Shown: piece by piece, positions 53,712-63,622 of the stretch
How the letters are laid out: each line of letters starts with the position of its first letter
Position numbering within the stretch: position 1 is the stretch's first letter
DNA from: Dehalococcoidia bacterium
GTDB taxonomy: Bacteria; Chloroflexota; Dehalococcoidia; Lucifugimonadales; UBA3495
DNA length: 64,000 bases
Assembly: GCA_965232815.1 (NCBI GenBank)
Contig: OZ247427.1
Span: 403,684 to 467,683, forward strand
Reading direction: 5' to 3'
Notes under the pieces: generated by a model
Database searches by the model: none
What the model was told of the DNA's origin: nothing
Seen by the model: the letters and a program-made list of their open reading frames with translations, nothing else
Translations under genes and position numbers: made by a program

Positions 53712-54430
53712 GCGGGCTGGTGGTCCAAGGTGGGTCGGACGCGGCGGCGTCCCGTAGGCTGTACGCGGGGCAGGGACATGAGGTCGGATTTGAGGGCGGC
53801 CATGCCTTCGACGCCGAGTTGGCTGGCTTCGGCCACTATTGCGACCGCGCCGGCCTGGTGCAATGCGACCAGTTCGTTGACGGAGGGCCGAACGCCGACA
53901 CGGACAAACAGGTATTTGTCGGTGCGGCCGGCGGCATCGGACACCTGGCCGAGGTCGTCCAGGGTCCAGGGCCCGGTCATGGCGGACTTGTCGCGCACGA
54001 GAAAATCGAGAGGTGCAGACGCCAAGGTGCGCCACATCGCGTCGTCCGGGTCATCAGGGATGCGCATGCCGTGGGTCAAACCGGGCTGGGCGAGGTTGAT
54101 GGCATCCACGAGCGCGCCGGCAGGTGGGGATACCATGAAATCTGCGCCGGCGCCCCGCCAGAGCACGACGGATTCCGGAGTCAGGGGAATGCCTCCGGCA
54201 CCCCACATTAGATCTCCGAGATCGGGCAGACCGTCGGGCGAACCGCCGGGAGCGGCGATGACCACAGCGTCGGCGGCACCGGATGCGGCGGCCAACCCGG
54301 CATCCAGGTCGCCCGAGCAGCGGGCTATCAGAGCCATGGCCGGCAGGCGATTGGCCTGTGCCGCGCCGAAACCCAACGACGGAGCGCCGCCCTGATCAAT
54401 ACGTTCGAGCAAGTTGCGGAGTCGGGTCAT
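53708..54430 (-). CDS. Hypothetical protein (240 aa), translationally coupled to the M50 protease
   Basis: The ATG at 54430 follows the family-C hairpin. The remainder of the 511-aa track ORF overlaps the MBL gene out of frame. No recognised motif. Confidence 0.5.
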   Translation of the reverse strand: MTRLRNLLERIDQGGAPSLGFGAAQANRLPAMALIARCSGDLDAGLAAASGAADAVVIAAPGGSPDGLPDLGDLMWGAGGIPLTPESVVLWRGAGADFMVSPPAGALVDAINLAQPGLTHGMRIPDDPDDAMWRTLASAPLDFLVRDKSAMTGPWTLDDLGQVSDAAGRTDKYLFVRVGVRPSVNELVALHQAGAVAIVAEASQLGVEGMAALKSDLMSLPRVQPTGRRRVRPTLDHQPA

Positions 54431-54454
54431 AGGTGATCTCGGGGAACAGTGTTG

Positions 54455-54479
54455 AGGGGCGGATTTGAAACCCGCCCCT
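54455..54479. repeat. Family-C hairpin
   Basis: 'aggggcggatttgaaacccgcccct', just downstream of the MBL gene stop. Confidence 0.75.
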
Positions 54480-54500
54480 GCGTTGGAAACTTGTTGATGT

Positions 54501-55373
54501 TTAGAGTGATTGCCAAACGCGTTTGCCGTCCACGCGGGCGATCTTGCCGATCTGCTGGCCGGGCGGGAAATGTCCGGCACAGATGGTCCAGTCACCTTCT
54601 TCGGCGGCGTCGAGCCACTTGGCCCGGGAAGCAGCGGACTGTGCCTTGTCAGTGTCGACGCCGGCACACCAGTCGGGCTCAGAAATCTGGGCGATGGTGT
54701 GGAGCACGTCGCCCATGACGATGCCGCGCTGTCCGTTGGAGTTGATGAGGACGATCTGATGGCCCGGGGTATGCCCGGGGGCCGGAGCGATCGAGATCTC
54801 ATCGCTGATGGTGTGTTCGGGCTCTTCCAGGATCTGCTGGAGGCGCAGGCGGCGCAGGGGCATGACCTGGCGGTCGATGTAGGGGTACATCTGTCGGCCC
54901 TCGTCAGAGGTGAAGTAGTCGTAGTCGGGCCGGGACATGACGTAGCGGGCGCGGCGGAAGTTGGGGGCAGGCATGCCACCGGAGTAGCGGAGGTTCCAGC
55001 CAACGTGGTCGCCGTGCAGGTGGGTGTGAATGATGTAGTTGACGGAGTCGCTGGGTCCGACGTTGGTGTTGTTGACGCCCACGTTGGACTCGAGGTGTGG
55101 GCGAAGTTCCTCGTAGAGGTTGCCAGTGACGTTGCCACGGTCGGGGTGAGGACCGGGGCCCATGCCGGTGTCCACCAGGATGACGTGCTCCTCGGACTTG
55201 AGCAGGAACACGCCGTAGTAAAGCTGGAGCTGGCCGTCTTCAAGGGTGTCCTGATAGTTGGCCCAGGCGTCAGCGGGGACGTCGGGGAACATCGCGGACG
55301 GTTCGCGCGGCGGCGGAACCATGTCGATGACTGCGGTCACTTCAACGTTGCCGATAGTTGCTTTGTCTGCCAT
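54501..55373 (-). CDS. MBL-fold metallo-hydrolase
   Basis: 'IHTHLHGDHVGWN' (HxHxDH). RBS 'aggagg' precedes the ATG at 55373. Confidence 0.87.
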   Translation of the reverse strand: MADKATIGNVEVTAVIDMVPPPREPSAMFPDVPADAWANYQDTLEDGQLQLYYGVFLLKSEEHVILVDTGMGPGPHPDRGNVTGNLYEELRPHLESNVGVNNTNVGPSDSVNYIIHTHLHGDHVGWNLRYSGGMPAPNFRRARYVMSRPDYDYFTSDEGRQMYPYIDRQVMPLRRLRLQQILEEPEHTISDEISIAPAPGHTPGHQIVLINSNGQRGIVMGDVLHTIAQISEPDWCAGVDTDKAQSAASRAKWLDAAEEGDWTICAGHFPPGQQIGKIARVDGKRVWQSL

Positions 55374-55430
55374 TCCAGAATTCCTCCTGATTACGCTCTC
55401 TGACAGTAGACGCCGGAACACCGGCTTTTA

Positions 55431-55970
55431 TCATTCATCAACTTCGAAAGTTACCAACGAGAACAGATCGTAGCCGGACAGGTTCTCACGGCCATTCAGG
55501 CCGATGAGTTCGATCACGACTCCGACGCCGGCCGGGACGCCACCGGCATTTTTCACTAGATTCGCGGCAGCCTCGATACTCCCGCCCGTGGCCAACAGGT
55601 CGTCGACGATGAGAACACGTTGGCCCGGCTTGATATCTCCCGCGTGTATCTCCAGAGTGTTGGTACCGTATTCCAAGGTGTATTCGTAGTTGAGGGTTTC
55701 GCCGGGCAACTTGCCCGCTTTTCTGACCAACACCAGAGGTAGCCCCATGCGGTCCGCCATAGGGGCAGCGAACAGGAATCCTCTGGAATCAATGGCGGCC
55801 AAACTGTCCACGTTACGTTCAGACGCCTGTTCAACCATCCGCTCGATGGTCGCCGCGAATGCATCAGGAGCCAGCAACAAGGATGTGATGTCTTTGAACT
55901 GGACCCCATGGATAGGGAAGTCAGGCACGTTCCGAATGTAATCGGCCAAGTTAACGGGCATAGCACTCAT
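55431..55970 (-). CDS. apt: Adenine phosphoribosyltransferase
   Basis: 'FPIHGVQFKDITSLL' and 'VLIVDDLLATGGS' (PRPP-binding). The start is chosen among nearby Mets. Confidence 0.9.
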   Translation of the reverse strand: MSAMPVNLADYIRNVPDFPIHGVQFKDITSLLLAPDAFAATIERMVEQASERNVDSLAAIDSRGFLFAAPMADRMGLPLVLVRKAGKLPGETLNYEYTLEYGTNTLEIHAGDIKPGQRVLIVDDLLATGGSIEAAANLVKNAGGVPAGVGVVIELIGLNGRENLSGYDLFSLVTFEVDE

Positions 55971-56064
55971 GCCGGCTGCGTTTTTGCGGGCAGATGGCCG
56001 GCGAACAATTTGCGGCAATTAGTCTAGTATTCGCGGGTTGGTCAGTCAACTGCAATTGCAATGC

Positions 56065-56460
56065 CTAACACTCCACGACGTTTTCCATGTGTTGGATGTC
56101 CAAAACTCGACCGTCCGGCCCCATGCGTATCGCGATCAGATCAATGCGCCATTCATTTTCGGCAGAGTCCAGAGAGTGTCGTTCAAGATAATGCTGGGCC
56201 GTCAGCACGAGGCGGCGAGCTTTTTCGGCGGTCAGGGCCTCCTCTGGAGAGCCGAAGGCATTGCTGCGGCGTGTTTTGACCTCAACGAACACGAGGAACG
56301 GTCCGCGCTCCACAATGAGATCCACTTCGCCCCACCGGCAACGGTAGTTAGTCTCCAGAACGCGATAGTGATGGGCCTCTAGGTGAACACGGGCGAGGTG
56401 TTCGCCGATGTTTCCCGTGCGGGTGGACGAATGCCTGGTGGGGGAAGAATTTTCAGGCAT
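56065..56460 (-). CDS. YraN-family (UPF0102) endonuclease-like protein
   Basis: 'GEVDLIVERGPFLVFVEVKTRR' is the YraN/PD-(D/E)xK pattern. Confidence 0.85.
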   Translation of the reverse strand: MPENSSPTRHSSTRTGNIGEHLARVHLEAHHYRVLETNYRCRWGEVDLIVERGPFLVFVEVKTRRSNAFGSPEEALTAEKARRLVLTAQHYLERHSLDSAENEWRIDLIAIRMGPDGRVLDIQHMENVVEC

Positions 56461-57085
56461 CGCGTATCAACCGTTTCTGCCGCAACGGGCTGAATGAGTG
56501 GCGGTGGATGGGAGATGGACCCATTTCGTCCAGGCAACGGAGATGCTGAGCAGTGGCATATCCTTTGTGTCGGGCGAAACCGTATCCCGGATACCGTCGG
56601 TCGGCGCTGACCATGATCTCATCGCGGGCGACCTTGGCCAGGATGCTTGCAGCGGCGATGGAGAGAGATTTGGAATCTCCCTTCACGACGCGCCGGTAAG
56701 GCAGGGGACAATGCCGGAGGTGCACCCAATCAAGGAGCAGGGCGTTGGGTTGGGGACGCAACGCAGAGACCGCCGAAAACATGGCCTGGAGTACGGCATT
56801 GCCGATGCCGATGTGATCGATGTCGTCGGGCTCGACATGTTGAACTGAGAAAGCGAGCGCGTTGCTGCGGATCGCCTGGACGGCCGTTTCACGACGAAGT
56901 GCGGTGAGTCGTTTGCTATCGTCTATTACCCGAAGCCAGGCTGCGTTTGGGTTCAGATCAGGCGGTAGTATGACGGCGGCGGCGGTGACTGGGCCGGCCA
57001 ATGGGCCGCGACCGGCTTCATCGGCGCCGGCGACCAAGCGATGGCCCTGGGCGTGGAACTCGGATTCGAGGCTGAGGTCAGGCAT
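56453..57085 (-). CDS. rnhB: Ribonuclease HII
   Basis: 'GADEAGRGPLAGPV', 'DDSKRL' and 'DSKSLSIAAASILAK'. Confidence 0.92.
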   Translation of the reverse strand: MPDLSLESEFHAQGHRLVAGADEAGRGPLAGPVTAAAVILPPDLNPNAAWLRVIDDSKRLTALRRETAVQAIRSNALAFSVQHVEPDDIDHIGIGNAVLQAMFSAVSALRPQPNALLLDWVHLRHCPLPYRRVVKGDSKSLSIAAASILAKVARDEIMVSADRRYPGYGFARHKGYATAQHLRCLDEMGPSPIHRHSFSPLRQKRLIRDA

Positions 57086-58226
57086 TTACCGGTTGACGGA
57101 TAGTTGCCGCTACCGCCGGCTGCGGCTCATGGCCAGCGATGGCGCCGCCGCCGAGAACGGTGTCGCCTTGGTAGAACACCGCAGCCTGGCCGGGGGTTAT
57201 GGCACGCTGAGGCTCATCGAATCGTACGAGCGCCCCGTTGCCCACGGGGGTTACGGTGGCGGGCGCTTCTGCGAACTTGTAGCGGATTTTTACGGACACC
57301 TCGGTTCCGGGAGACGGAGGTTCGCCGGAGACCCACGAGACGGGCGCGGCGTAGAGGGTGTCGTGGTACAGGTTTTCCTCGGATCCCACGACCACACGGC
57401 GGGTATCGGGTTCGAGGCGGATGACGAAGCGCGGCGGTCCTCCGGAGAGACCGAGACCGCGACGCTGGCCGACGGTGAAATACTGGATGCCGTCGTGTTC
57501 ACCGAGCACATTGCCGGTTGCGTCGACGATTTCGCCAGGCTTTTCGTCGATGCGCTGACGCAGGAACTCGCGGTAGTCGCCGGTGGGGATAAAGCAGATA
57601 TCCTGGCTATCGGGCTTATCGGCATTGGGGAAGCCGGCATCGAAGGCGAGCCGGCGAATATCCGACTTGGGGTAATGGCCGACGGGCATGAGAGTAGCGG
57701 CGAGTTGGTCCTGGCGCATGCCGAAAAGGACGTAGGACTGGTCCTTATCGGCATCCAAGCCGCGGCGGAGCGTCCAGCCGTCTGAGCCGTCCGGTTCGAT
57801 GCGGGCGTAGTGTCCAGTAGCGACGTGGGAGGCGTCCAGCAATTGGGCGCGCTGTGCCAGGAAGCTGAACTTGATCTTGTCGTTGCAGGCGATGCAGGGA
57901 TGGGGAGTCCGTCCCGTTTCGTACTCGCGCTGGAAGTAGTCGATGACGAATGCGCGGAACTCTCGCTGAACGTTGAAAACGTAGTGGGGGACGCCAAGGA
58001 TCCGGCACACGGCGCGGGCGTCTTCGACATCGTCTATAGTGCAGCAACCACGGTAGTACTCCGGCAGATCGGCCTCGTCGATGTCGTACAGCTTCATCGT
58101 TACGCCGATGACCTCGTAGCCTTGCTGATGCAGAAGCAGGGCAGCAACGGAGGAATCGACTCCGCCGCTCATGGCGACGACGACGCGGTTGGTCCGCTCG
58201 GGATTGGTGTCCATGATGTCCGTCAT
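57078..58226 (-). CDS. mnmA: tRNA 2-thiouridine(34) synthase
   Basis: 'VVVAMSGGVDSSVAALLL' (PP-loop), 'PCIACN' and 'KDQSYVLF'. The start is at an internal Met ('MTDIMD...'), and the track ORF is over-extended to 58508. Confidence 0.92.
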   Translation of the reverse strand: MTDIMDTNPERTNRVVVAMSGGVDSSVAALLLHQQGYEVIGVTMKLYDIDEADLPEYYRGCCTIDDVEDARAVCRILGVPHYVFNVQREFRAFVIDYFQREYETGRTPHPCIACNDKIKFSFLAQRAQLLDASHVATGHYARIEPDGSDGWTLRRGLDADKDQSYVLFGMRQDQLAATLMPVGHYPKSDIRRLAFDAGFPNADKPDSQDICFIPTGDYREFLRQRIDEKPGEIVDATGNVLGEHDGIQYFTVGQRRGLGLSGGPPRFVIRLEPDTRRVVVGSEENLYHDTLYAAPVSWVSGEPPSPGTEVSVKIRYKFAEAPATVTPVGNGALVRFDEPQRAITPGQAAVFYQGDTVLGGGAIAGHEPQPAVAATIRQPVNA

Positions 58227-58377
58227 ATACCTGTGAACGTGGTCGGCAGTATCGTGTCGTACGCGGGACGGCCAAACCTTGATGAGTCTGCCAGTTGTCG
58301 TATTGCGGCTGCCACTTGGGTAGTATAGCATCGTGCTACCGAGAGGCTTGAACTGAACAAACGAGAGAGGGATTTCC

Positions 58378-59331
58378 ATGCCGGTCACGTTCGGATGCTC
58401 ACTACCTAGCCGTGGAACGATGGCGTCGCCAGACAACCTGCGCAGCCTGGCGCAGCGGGCGGAGGACCTTTCGTTTGACCACGTTTGGGTGAGCGACCAC
58501 ATCATCATTCCCCACGAGGTATCTTCCTTCTACCCTTATGCGGCCGACGGGGTCGCTCCGTTCCAGCGGGACAACACCTATTTTGAACCGCTGGCTGCGC
58601 TGAACTTCCTGGCGGGCTGCACGACGCGGGTGAAACTGGGCACCCATGTCCTGATCCTTCCCTATCGGAACCCGGTGCTGACGGGGAAGATATTGGCGAC
58701 GTTGGATGTACTCAGCGGCGGCAGATTGATCCTCGGCGCCGGCGTGGGATGGATGGAAGAGGAGTTTCAAGCCATGGGTCTGGACACCTATGCACAGCGC
58801 GGAGAGGTGACCGACGAGTACATACAGATATTTAAGGAACTGTGGACGTCGGACAACCCCGAATTTCACGGAAAGCATTATGACGTCAGCGGCGCCGGAT
58901 TTTTGCCCAAACCGGTGCAGAAACCGCACCCGCCCATCTGGGTCGGCGGGCATACGAACCCAGCCATCAGGCGAGCCGCGACGTTGGGCGACGGCTGGAT
59001 GCCGATAGGTTTGCGCCCGCCGGCCGGACTGGAGCCGGAGGAAATGGCGGAGAAGGTCGCGCGGTTGCGCCGCCTCAGCGCGCGGGCCGGACGAGCAGAG
59101 GATGCCGTTGATCTGGTGTTCAGCACCGACTGCGTGTTCGAGGATAACCCCGGAGCCGACCGACGGATGGTGTCGGGACGGCCGGAGCAGATCGCGGCGG
59201 ACCTGCGGCAATACCAGGATCTGGGCGTGCAGCACTTCATTTTCAGCTTCCCTGCCGACAGCGCCAACCAGCAGCAAGAGTTGATGGAGCGGTTTTCGCG
59301 AGAGGTGATTCCCCTGATACCTGCGGACTGA
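58378..59331 (+). CDS. LLM-class (probably F420-dependent) oxidoreductase
   Basis: 'FDHVWVSDHI', 'LDVLSGGRLILGAGVGW' and 'KPHPPIWVGG'. Confidence 0.85.
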   Translation: MPVTFGCSLPSRGTMASPDNLRSLAQRAEDLSFDHVWVSDHIIIPHEVSSFYPYAADGVAPFQRDNTYFEPLAALNFLAGCTTRVKLGTHVLILPYRNPVLTGKILATLDVLSGGRLILGAGVGWMEEEFQAMGLDTYAQRGEVTDEYIQIFKELWTSDNPEFHGKHYDVSGAGFLPKPVQKPHPPIWVGGHTNPAIRRAATLGDGWMPIGLRPPAGLEPEEMAEKVARLRRLSARAGRAEDAVDLVFSTDCVFEDNPGADRRMVSGRPEQIAADLRQYQDLGVQHFIFSFPADSANQQQELMERFSREVIPLIPAD

Positions 59332-59369
59332 TTCCAATCCACTCAACCCTCTTACAGGAGGAATCTAAC

Positions 59370-60260
59370 ATGACGCTTCGATCCAACCTAAAGAACCGAC
59401 TCGTGGCCGGCGAGACCATAGTAGCGCCCGGCGCGTACGATCCGATGTCAGCCCGGGTCGTGCAGTCCCTGGGTTTCGACACAGTGTACGTGGGCGGCTA
59501 CATGAGCGGCGCGCACCTCGCCGTTACGGAACCGTTGATGACACTAACCGAGCAGGTGGAAGTTGCCGAGCGGGTCGTCAAATCGGTGCCGCTACCGGTG
59601 CTGTGCGATGCCGGAGCAGGGTACGGTGATCCGGTACACACCATGCACACCGTTCGCACCTTTGAACGGTCCGGCGTGTGTGGCATACATATTGAGGACC
59701 AGGTGTATCCGAAGCGCGCCTCCTACCACGCAGGGTTGGAGCACGTTATCCCCATCGACGAGTTCCTCGAAAAGATGCGGTACGCGCTGGAGGCTCGCAG
59801 CGACCCCAATTTCCTGATCATCGGACGTACTGATTCATTCACCGCTGTTGAAGGCGATATGGACGACGCAATTCGACGGGGCAATGCCTTGCGGGAACTG
59901 GGTGTGGACGTCGTGATGCCTCGCGGAGTCCGGCAAAGGGAGGATCTCGCGACTTTCCGGGCGGGCGTCCCAGACGTCCCGTTGCTGGTGATCGCCGGGA
60001 CGGATGACATCACCGTCCAAGAATACGAGGAACTCGGGTACAAGGTGATTATCTACGCAACCACGCCAGCCATCGCCGCGGTGGAAGGCATCCAACGCGC
60101 GTATACCAACCTGCGTGATACTGGGCATATCGGGATTGGCGCGGCAGACGTGGCGGCGCGCCGGGCTGAGGTGGAGGCACTCATCAGTCTGCCGGAATAC
60201 CAGGCAGTAGAGGCCGCGACCACGGAGCGCGAATTCCAAAACAGGGCGGCGCACCACTGA
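59370..60260 (+). CDS. Isocitrate lyase / PEP mutase superfamily protein
   Basis: 'APGAYDPMSARVV', 'CDAGAGYG' and 'GIHIEDQVYPKR' fit methylisocitrate-lyase / carboxy-PEP-mutase-like motifs. Confidence 0.85.
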   Translation: MTLRSNLKNRLVAGETIVAPGAYDPMSARVVQSLGFDTVYVGGYMSGAHLAVTEPLMTLTEQVEVAERVVKSVPLPVLCDAGAGYGDPVHTMHTVRTFERSGVCGIHIEDQVYPKRASYHAGLEHVIPIDEFLEKMRYALEARSDPNFLIIGRTDSFTAVEGDMDDAIRRGNALRELGVDVVMPRGVRQREDLATFRAGVPDVPLLVIAGTDDITVQEYEELGYKVIIYATTPAIAAVEGIQRAYTNLRDTGHIGIGAADVAARRAEVEALISLPEYQAVEAATTEREFQNRAAHH

Positions 60261-60348
60261 GCAACGCCACATCACAAAGCATCGATGGTTCCACGGTTCC
60301 GCGTTTTGGGTACCCGTGGGCCGGATAATACATCATCCACGATGATAT

Positions 60349-60383
60349 GGCCTATTCCAGTTTGGGATAGGCCGTTTCTTTCG
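60349..60383 (+). terminator. Putative rho-independent terminator
   Basis: 'ggcctattcc-agttt-gggataggcc' followed by 'gtttctttcg'. Confidence 0.6.
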
Positions 60384-60423
60384 CGATATTCGTAATCGTT
60401 TTTTCGATTCCGTCGGTGGTGTA

Positions 60424-60452
60424 TTGACATATTGCGGATGCTGGGCTAGCAT
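60424..60452 (+). promoter_or_regulatory. Sigma70-like promoter upstream of the third ABC module
   Basis: TTGACA-N17-TAGCAT, leaving a leader of about 140 nt before the ATG at 60596. Confidence 0.45.
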
Positions 60453-60595
60453 GCCTAGGCGAACTCGCGGATTGCGCCCAATTTCACAATTGGATGAGTC
60501 CGGGGGTTCTATTACTGTAGCGGGCAGGGTCTGCCATGGCAGCGGTCCGCAAACCTAGTCAACCGTCGTAACGACGTTAGGAGGGTCACACCGAT

Positions 60596-62542
60596 ATGAA
60601 GCCATCTACTTTAGGCCGACTGTCCCTGCGGACGCTGCTGCTTGCGGCCGGCGTCGTCGCACTGATGGTCGGCGTTGCCTGCGGTGGGGCTGAGGAACCG
60701 GCGCCTGCCGCTCAGGAGCAACAAGCTCCCGCCGCTCAGGAGCAGCAGGCTGCAGCCGCTACCGAAGCTCCGGCCGCGATGGGGCCCACCAATACCCCTA
60801 TTCCGGAAGCCATGGCGGCTACGGCCCGGCCGACGAACACCCCGGCGCCTACCGCGACGCCTCGTGTGGTTGCCACGCCGACGCCCAGCGCGGGACCGAT
60901 ATACGGCGGCACCCTCCTCATGTCCGCTTATGCAGACACCAAGGACTGGGATCCGTTGGGTTCCTCGTCGCTATCCAGCGTGATTTCCTACTCGCAGTTG
61001 TACAACCAGATCGTGCAATACGATCCGGTTGACACCAACGCCATCACTGGCGACCTGGCCGAATCGTGGGACGTCAGCGACGACGGTCTGACCTACACGT
61101 TCCACCTGCGCGACAACATGCAGTGGACCGACGGCACCGAGATCACGTCGGCCGACATCATCAGCACCCACTCCCGCTATGCAAACCCCTGCAATAGCAC
61201 GGGACGCTCCGGCCTCTGGCGCAACTACACCGTCAAGATGGAAGTGGCCGACAAGGCCGGCGGAGACTGCACTCCCACCAACCAGGACGCAGTGCTGCGG
61301 GCCATAGATGACAAAACCGTGGAGTTCAACCTCCAGTTTGCATCCGGCGCGTTCATCAAGTTCCTGGCCATCGACTATGCCAAGGTTCTGCCTGGGCACC
61401 AGCTTGACTCAGACCCCAACTGCGCGGTCCGCGACGCTGCCAATCCCTGCTTCCTGAACCTCGGTGAGAACATCATAGAGCGGGGAACGACCTCCGGCCC
61501 GTTCATCCTGGAAGAATACCAGGTTGGCGACTTCTACAAGGTCAACAAAAACCAAGACTACTTTAAGGACGGACTTCCCTTCGTTGACCGGATTGAACAT
61601 TACATCTTCCCCGGCACCGCCAAGGACCGGCTGATCGCCCAGTTTGAGGCGGGCGGCTTGGACATGGCGAACGGCGGATTCACCAACCTATCCCCGACCC
61701 AGTACTTCGACCTGGAAAAGAGCACTAATGGCGAGTACGTGGCGCACCCGATCGCAGCCGGCACCAACTGGGGCTTGATGCTCAACGTCAAGAAGCCGCA
61801 GTTCCAGAGCCACCAGGTACGCCAGGCCATCAACCTGGCTGTGGACCGTCAGGAGATCGACGAGCGCGTCTTCGACAACTCCGGCGGCAGCTACTGCCCG
61901 CTCATGGGTCTGGCCCACGCCAACGAAGTTTGCATGGACTGGCCGGGCATCCGCGCCAAGGACACCCCCGGCGGACAGGAAGACCTGGCCCGCGCAAAGG
62001 AACTGATGGCTGAGGCCGGTGTTGCCGACGGGTTCGAAGTGAAGTACACCGTGCGCCAGGTCGGCAACTACCCCGACCAGTGCCAGATTGTGAAGCAACA
62101 GTTGCAGGATGCCCTGGGCATTACCGGCGACATCGAGACCTTGCCCAGCGCCGCGGGCTACGCCAAGTACGGCACCTCGCGCGCAGAAGGCTCGTCCGGC
62201 GACTGGGAAATCAGCTGCCAGGGCGAAGGCATGGTTGTGTTCGACGCTGACGCTGTTTATGGCGGCGTATACCGCAAGGGCGGCACCCGCAACTACACCG
62301 ACTGGTCGAGCCCGCTGGTTGACGACTGGTTCGAGAGCCAGAAGGTAGAACTTGATCCCGACGCCCGGCGCGAGATCAACAAGGAAGCCGAGCTCTGGCT
62401 CCACAGCTTCGAGGACAACCACTGGGTCACCATGCAGCTTGGTCAGTTGTTCTGGCTGGTGCACCGGGACGTGAAGGGATTCAACGCCCCGTCCACCGTG
62501 CAGTATCAGTTCAAGCACGAAGACTTGTGGTTGGACCGCTAA
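60596..62542 (+). CDS. ABC transporter substrate-binding lipoprotein, family 5 (third paralog)
   Basis: 'LMVGVACGG' lipobox. Duplicated 'APAAQEQQ' (24-nt tandem repeat at 60701..60748) and a PT-rich linker. RBS 'aggaggg'. Confidence 0.9.
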   Translation: MKPSTLGRLSLRTLLLAAGVVALMVGVACGGAEEPAPAAQEQQAPAAQEQQAAAATEAPAAMGPTNTPIPEAMAATARPTNTPAPTATPRVVATPTPSAGPIYGGTLLMSAYADTKDWDPLGSSSLSSVISYSQLYNQIVQYDPVDTNAITGDLAESWDVSDDGLTYTFHLRDNMQWTDGTEITSADIISTHSRYANPCNSTGRSGLWRNYTVKMEVADKAGGDCTPTNQDAVLRAIDDKTVEFNLQFASGAFIKFLAIDYAKVLPGHQLDSDPNCAVRDAANPCFLNLGENIIERGTTSGPFILEEYQVGDFYKVNKNQDYFKDGLPFVDRIEHYIFPGTAKDRLIAQFEAGGLDMANGGFTNLSPTQYFDLEKSTNGEYVAHPIAAGTNWGLMLNVKKPQFQSHQVRQAINLAVDRQEIDERVFDNSGGSYCPLMGLAHANEVCMDWPGIRAKDTPGGQEDLARAKELMAEAGVADGFEVKYTVRQVGNYPDQCQIVKQQLQDALGITGDIETLPSAAGYAKYGTSRAEGSSGDWEISCQGEGMVVFDADAVYGGVYRKGGTRNYTDWSSPLVDDWFESQKVELDPDARREINKEAELWLHSFEDNHWVTMQLGQLFWLVHRDVKGFNAPSTVQYQFKHEDLWLDR

Positions 62543-62567
62543 CCGACAACGGTTTGACGATCTAAAG

Positions 62568-62593
62568 TAGGGGCGACTCAAGAGTCGCCCCTA
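62568..62593. repeat. Family-C hairpin
   Basis: 'taggggcgactcaagagtcgccccta' between the SBP and permease genes. Confidence 0.75.
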
Positions 62594-62621
62594 TGTCGCG
62601 TCGGAACGGAAGGCAAAAGCT

Positions 62622-63578
62622 ATGCGACAGTACGCATTGAAACGGATTGCGCTGATTATTCCTACGGTGCTGCTGGTGTCCATTATCGTGTTCACGGTGA
62701 TGCGACTCCTACCGGGAGACCCCGCGCTGGTAATCCTCAGCGAAGGTGATGCCTCTTTCACCCAGGAAGAATTGGAGGACCTGCGCCGGCAATTAGGGAC
62801 GGACCGGCCCATCGTCATCCAGTACGTGGATTGGATCGGAGGGCTGCTGCAGGGAGATCTGGGCACTTCCATCTGGAGATCCGGACAGCCGGTCACCAAG
62901 TTGGTAGGAGACCGGATCTTCCGCACGCTGGAACTGGCGGTATTGGCGATCATCATTGCTGTCGTCTTTGCAGTGCCCCTGGGCGTCATTTCGGCCATCA
63001 AGCCGGACAGCGTGATCGATTACTTCTCGAGAGTCATCGCACTGGTGGGTATATCCATTCCTACCTTCTTCGCGGGTCTGTTGGTGGTGCTGGTATTGTC
63101 CCGAGGATTCGGGTGGTTGCCGCCGTTGGGTTACGCAGACCTATGGGACGATCCGTGGAAAAACATCCAGCAGATGTTCCTTCCAGCCCTGGCGCTGGGG
63201 TTCTACGATATGGCGTTCATCGCGAGGGTGACGCGCTCGTCGATGATGGAAATCATCCGCGAGGACTATATGCGGACAGCCCGGGCCAAAGGTTTGGCGG
63301 AACGCATCGTCCTGGTCCGGCATGGACTGAAGAATGCCGTGCTTCCTATCCTGACAATCTCCGGCTGGCAGTTCGGCCGCTTGTTCGGTGGCACGGTCAT
63401 CATTGAAAGCATCTTCAAAGTGCCTGGAATCGGCACTCTGCTGATTGAAACGGTATTCCAGCGGGACTTCCCAACCATCCAAGCCATCATCATCGTCATA
63501 GCGGTGTCCATAGTTATCATCAATCTGCTGGTTGATTTGCTGTACGGGCTGTTGGATCCGCGGATTCGGTACGCCTAG
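62622..63578 (+). CDS. ABC transporter permease (DppB/OppB-type)
   Basis: 'LPGDPALVIL', 'TRSSMMEIIREDYMRTARAKG' and 'DLLYGLLDPRI'. Confidence 0.92.
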   Translation: MRQYALKRIALIIPTVLLVSIIVFTVMRLLPGDPALVILSEGDASFTQEELEDLRRQLGTDRPIVIQYVDWIGGLLQGDLGTSIWRSGQPVTKLVGDRIFRTLELAVLAIIIAVVFAVPLGVISAIKPDSVIDYFSRVIALVGISIPTFFAGLLVVLVLSRGFGWLPPLGYADLWDDPWKNIQQMFLPALALGFYDMAFIARVTRSSMMEIIREDYMRTARAKGLAERIVLVRHGLKNAVLPILTISGWQFGRLFGGTVIIESIFKVPGIGTLLIETVFQRDFPTIQAIIIVIAVSIVIINLLVDLLYGLLDPRIRYA

Positions 63579-63622
63579 AGCAAGCGCGGAACAACCGCAA
63601 GTGACTACGGAGAATTAGCAGA

